Positions 20,997 to 25,481 of a stretch of 25,481 nt of DNA are shown one piece after another. The first letter of the stretch is position 1. Each line of letters opens with the position of its first letter. Both the position numbers and the translations under genes were made by a program. This DNA is from Vermamoeba vermiformis (Eukaryota): the NCBI GenBank assembly GCA_045837725.1, contig JBEWZL010000080.1, positions 62,001 to 87,481 on the forward strand, read 5' to 3'. The notes under the pieces are model-generated. The model was not told where the DNA came from. It saw only the letters and a list, made by a program, of their open reading frames with translations, and made no database searches.

Positions 20997-23334
20997 TCAA
21001 TCGTCATATCGCTTGTTTGGTTTTTTGTTTCGCTTTGTTCTTCCATAGTCAGTTGTGTTTATATTTCGGTATTCACGTGCAATCCACTCAGTACTTGTCA
21101 CTGGCTGTATCAACACTGGGGCATCATAGTCATTTTCATCTAATTCATCTTCATCTGGATAAGTCTCTGGTATGACAGCATCAACATCAGGGTGCACTGC
21201 CTCGTGCACCACTTTCACTGAGGTTGTGGACTGGTCATGGTGACGCTGCTGTGGTGGCAAGAACATCAATTCATAATTTGTTGTTGGGCTGTCAAACTCA
21301 ATATCTAGTAGATCAATTGCAGTTGTGTCGTCTTCTGCAGGCTGATCGGCATTGAATAATTCTTCAAAGTATTGTTGCTGTTCCTCAGATAGTTTGTCGT
21401 AAGTTTTTCTGGTCGCTTCAATCACTTTGTCGTCAATTGGCTTTGGTTCAATCTTGATTGGTTTGTCCGCTGGAATATTGTGAAGGATAACAATATCGTC
21501 ACCATCTGCACCCCCTTTCCACTCCTCATCTGTTGCCGTGTAATTGCGCCAATGCATTACAACGCTTCCTTGTGCATTGACAGTGAATCGAAAAACATGG
21601 GGCTTTGTGTGCCCAGTGAGCTTTGGTAGATATGGGGCAAGCCAGCCACGATAATCATAGATAGTTTTTACCAATCGCACTTCTGGCGGCGAATTGTAGC
21701 AACTCTTAATGTACTCTTTGACATCTTCATCGTCGCCCGTAAGGAGATTATGTGACTTGAGTCCAATAGCCACTGGCACGTTCTCTTGGTCAATGTCTGT
21801 ATGAGTGTGTCCTTGAGGAAGGCAAATGAAATAGATGGTATTGGTAAACTTTTTGAGCAGCAAAACCGCAAAAAAGCCAAAAACGTAGGTATTTTTGTTC
21901 TCTCGCCAGCAGTTGTCGCTTTGAAATACCATTGTTGGTGGCAGAGCCTGACCATCTCTGATTTGCGAAACTATGTGAATGGCTAGTAGATTGATGCTGT
22001 AATTGCTGTCGTGACTATACTGTTGTGCAATTGAGACAAACAGAGTACGTCGCTTGGTGTTGTGGTTGATAAGTCCGGATATTTGCAATCGCAAACGTGC
22101 AAGACGGAGCCAAGATTTTGGGAACTGAGACCAGGCAATGTGCGGAATCAAAATCCCTGAATAGCCATCCCATATCATTTGCCAAATCAAAAAGCTAGCG
22201 ATTAGCTTTCGGTTAGAATATGTCAGCCGTTCTAACTTTTGCAATGCGTTGTGCTTTGCCACTTGCTTTTGAACGTTGGTAACTTGAGTTTGGGACACTG
22301 CAGCAGCTTGTTGCAACTTCCTACGCAAGATTAGCTTCACTGTGAGTATGGAAGAAACTTACATTCTGAGCTCCACACATTCGTCACATTTGCCCAACCG
22401 CGTAGTCTTTGGGAATTTGATCCATGCGTACTGAGAAATTGTCGTATAGAAAGTACTCAGCGATGCTATGCGATGCGTTTCCTCAAATTCTGAAGCATAT
22501 TGAGCGTAAAGAAGCTTTTTGTTAAGCGCAATAGGGCAGTGCCATTGATCACTATCAGGTTGTTCATCGAAAAATATGGACATCAAGCTGAGCACAAAAC
22601 TTTGCACCGACTGTAATTGAGCTGATGAATACAATCTGAGGGCATTACCATGTGGAATGACAGAGCAACTAGACTCTTGTTTGATTTGTTGTAGCAGAGG
22701 TGCAAGCTTGTTTGTACTGATTCCAAGCAGTTTGATGAAAGCGCGTTGACAGACTTCAAGACCGTCAAGCTTGTAACAAATCGTCGGAGGCTTGTCACTT
22801 CCTTGATCAACTTTCATCGCATTAAGGGAATCAAGTAGCCATCTTGACCTGCCATCGTGTCAGGCATTTAGCAGAAACATGAGGTACGTACCTTTCGCGC
22901 TCAGATTTCTCAGAGTATGGCAGTCGTAAGCGTTCAATCTTCTGGACATTAAATTGCCTCATACACAGTTGTTTGCAGCACTTGTATTGCAACAGCTTTT
23001 CATTGAAATTACATAGCTTAAGCTGCTTTCGTGATGGTGACGCGACGCGCAACTTTCGAGTCTCGGATTTGTAAGTGCGTTTTGGGGAGGGGTCATAGAT
23101 TGAGGATACTCGTCTATTAATATCTATTATGTGTAAGCAATGCAGCTAATTGTAGAACGATACGTACCGTCAAAAATTTTATTGCTATCAACCTCGTAAA
23201 TCCACGACCGCCGATCATCGCTCGTGCTTGTTGTCTCATCTTCATCTACATATATTAATGAAATGCAGATAGATATAAATGCCCATACCCTTATTGAAGA
23301 CTTTTGTTGTGTCAAAATCGCAGATCCAGTCCAT
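20997..23334 (-). CDS. DDE/RNase H-fold transposase, Sola1-like/DUF7869-type, ~721 aa
   Basis: Exons 23334-23289, 23245-23168, 23123-22892, 22848-22363, 22320-20997 (2166 nt, open). Motifs CCKQLC, YKLDGLEVCQRAFIKLLGIS, KCDEC, H..LQ..ER..Y, MIWDG (first Asp, ~22168), FQSDNCWRENKN (second Asp, ~21915), LPQGHTHTDIDQ and PHVFRF. The start codon is the least certain part. Confidence 0.82.
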
Positions 23335-23675
23335 TCGACAATTATTAAATTAATTATTGCGTTATCGGCACGTGACGGCTTCAGCAATTTATCTACAATG
23401 ATGGGTGTTATTGCACATATTATTACTGTTACTATTGTAATTATTCATAATACAATCACTCGATTAAATAGCCAAACACATCTGGTCGCTTGGATTTAAA
23501 AAAAAATTAACCAAACTGATTACCTTCAAAGTGAGATAGCTGCGACCCTATATAGTGCCTATTGTGGTGCTTATATCATGTTATATATTGTAAATACGAT
23601 AAAATTCGAGTTGGTTTTCTCAGGGTCTGAAACTCTGTTTTTAGTTTATTTTATTTTTGTTATTGAACACCACAC
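23335..23675. promoter_or_regulatory. Putative bidirectional promoter of the element
   Basis: 341-bp AT-rich gap between divergent ATGs, with a palindromic TATA-like CTATATAG at 23548-23555. Confidence 0.4.
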
Positions 23676-25422
23676 ATGTCGGCAGCCACTCTGGACCCTG
23701 TTCTTATACGAATTTATCAAGGGGAGTCTATTGATAATATTACATTGCAAGTACGAGATATTGTCCCGCCATCCACTCCCGGATCGAAGCTCAAACATTA
23801 TTGGTAAATATTATTAATTAACTACGAGATAATTATATCTATTGTTCTCATTCATAAATCAACCTTGTAAATAATATTTAATAATTATTACTGGTAATTA
23901 ATTTATTGCAACGTATGAAAATTAAATCTCCGTTATTGGCGGGTCGTTACGTAAATTACTTCACTACTTCGACACTTGATAATTTGCATTTGTTTACTGC
24001 TTTCATTTATTATTTTAACTGATGATTCATAGTTTGTTATTATCTGACGCGCATGTGATGATACCGTGCATTTTGCACGAGTCGCTGAATGACAAGATTG
24101 CAAATGGTGCAATCAAAACGGGATCAATACTACGTCTTTCGAAATGGAGCTGGCATAACCATAATGATCGGTACGCCCCTCAGCATCAATTTACATGATC
24201 TAACTACTTGCAATAGTCGTGTGCTCTCTGTCGTTGCATCGGGGCTTACCGTTACTGGGCACATGAAGCAGATCAATTTTAGTGCTGTGCGTGACATCTA
24301 TGAAGCAGTGAATGATTTTGAAGGTGAGTGTTATCGATGCCACGCTGTTCTTATAAATTGCTAGATGACGGACTTGACATGCCCACACCTACACACGCTA
24401 CACAAGCCACTGAACGTGAAGCCGATGAAAGAACTCTGCGTAGGTGACCAACTGTACACAGCATAATTGTCTTGATTGCTGATCATAATTTAGAATTGTG
24501 GATAGACAAAGGCATGAAGCTCATTGATGAAGGCATCGATCACAAATTTTACGACCACGATCAAGGACTGCAAATCAAGTACAAGAGTCGCTTATACGTT
24601 GAATTTGATGCTCTCATCTACAAAGAGGCGTTCCACGAGAAGGGCGATGATTGCTTTGCAAAGAAATACGGTGTGTGTACAATTGCCGCATGTTTAAAGG
24701 CAAAATCCACCTCAAAACCGTTAATCGCCCTGCATATCAACAGTGATGGTGAAGATCATTTTGCTTTGGTTCAACCAGGATCAGTAACCAATAATGGGTA
24801 TAAAAACAACGACGATGAGCCTATGCACATTGAACAATTGTGGAGAGAGCACGTGACCAACAACGGAACTACTGCACGCCCAAAGAAACAAAGACCAGCC
24901 AGTGATGACTCGGAACTGCCATCAAAAAGCACTCGATCTCGTACACGCGAGGACTCTGATAGTGAAGATGACCGCGCCCGTAAGCGTCATAAATCAGACA
25001 ACAATCTGTCGAATCAGGTCTCACCACAGCTCACCGAATTGCTTGCTGATGTTGCAAGCATTGGACAGAATATCTCTGCTTTATCAGCAACCATCAGTTC
25101 ACAGCATGATAAAACATCTCGTCAGCTCGTACTCTTGAACAACACAACCAACGCAAAGCATACTGCCATCGAAGAACGATTGAAGTCTTTGTCTGACGAG
25201 ATAAAGGCAGTCAATAGTTCAATCAAGACATTGGATGAAGTTGTGCAACGCATATTGTCGCACGTGAAAGCTGACGCGAAAGAGAAGGAAAAGGTTGTTG
25301 TCGTACAAGCACCAATACCTCAGATGCGCCAAGAGCCTCACTATGTTGTGCCACCAAACTACTACTCGGGAACACCCTCATACAATGGCCCATACAATAG
25401 TCCTTCATCACGTTTTTTCTAA
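23676..25422 (+). CDS. Element accessory protein, 458 aa: RPA70N-like OB fold, unknown middle domain, basic/acidic linker with NLS-like motifs, coiled coil, P/Y-rich tail
   Basis: Exons 23676-23803, 24033-24170, 24217-24323, 24365-24439, 24494-25422 (1377 nt, open). Spliced N-terminus MSAATLDPVLIRIYQGESIDNITLQVRDIVPPSTPGSKLKHYCLLLSDAHVMIPCILHESLNDKIANGAIKTGSILRLSKWSWHNHNDRRVLSVVASGLTVTG follows the Rep-A_N pattern (LQV..I, Y.L.LSD, LN..I..G....GSI.RL). This frame is absent from the ORF track. Confidence 0.8.
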
Positions 25423-25445
25423 GACGATTTGTCATAGCAAATTTC

Positions 25446-25470
25446 AATAAAACGAGAGATATCTCATTTT
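25446..25470. repeat. Right terminal near-palindromic repeat of the element
   Basis: AATAAAACGAGAGATATCTCATTTT; arms AAAACGAGA/TCTCATTTT around a 4-nt GATA core. Confidence 0.75.
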
Positions 25471-25481
25471 ATCTAATTTAA

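Larger units (their letters stand above)
20966..25465. mobile_element. ~4.5 kb two-gene DNA transposon (Sola1/DUF7869-like) inserted in intron 2 of paralog D
   Basis: Begins ~30 bp upstream of the paralog D exon 3 acceptor. Holds two divergent genes whose stops lie 31 and 43 bp from the related terminal motifs GAGAGGTATCTC (20966) and GAGAGATATCTC (25454). Exact ends are uncertain by about 10 bp. Confidence 0.8.

Noticed and set aside
24089-24216. ORF-track start MTRLQMVQSK for the accessory gene
   Set aside because: Wrong frame plus intron sequence. The spliced RPA70N-like frame explains this region with canonical splice sites.
20997-25422. Helitron/HUH or Crypton interpretation, prompted by the RPA-like gene, the HTH tripeptide and terminal hairpins
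   Set aside because: No Rep/helicase or tyrosine recombinase motifs are visible. GHTH lies in the DNC..ENKN...GHTH.DID context of RNase H-fold transposases.
1-25481. Prokaryotic features (operons, CRISPR arrays) and tRNA/rRNA genes
   Set aside because: Spliceosomal introns occur throughout. No repeat-spacer array or structured RNA gene was recognisable by eye.

Overview
Intron-rich eukaryotic DNA with introns mostly 40-60 bp. It is probably from a protist, and the gene types suggest an amoebozoan (inference). The supplied ORF track only shows exon fragments, so all gene models were rebuilt by hand from splice sites and frame continuity. Contents from left to right: (1) three tandem minus-strand paralogs of a ~680-690 aa secreted, probably GPI-anchored surface protein, the first with a nonsense codon and a near-identical tract shared with the second; (2) an 18-exon class C (GABA-B/Grl-like) GPCR whose ectodomain is an NMT1/THI5-type solute-binding domain, with a MITE in intron 11; (3) an intronless RimJ/RimL-type GNAT; (4) a decayed 3' fragment of an MDR/zinc-ADH-like oxidoreductase; (5) an NmrA-like gene; (6) an F-box plus ARM-like gene; (7) a fourth surface-protein paralog whose intron 2 is interrupted by a ~4.5 kb element. 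That element carries an intact Sola1/DUF7869-like DDE transposase and a divergently transcribed gene with an RPA70N-like OB fold, and it is bounded by near-palindromic 25-bp direct repeats. The transposase+RPA70N element and the THI5-GPCR fusion are the best candidates for undescribed biology. Domain calls are from recalled motifs, not database searches.
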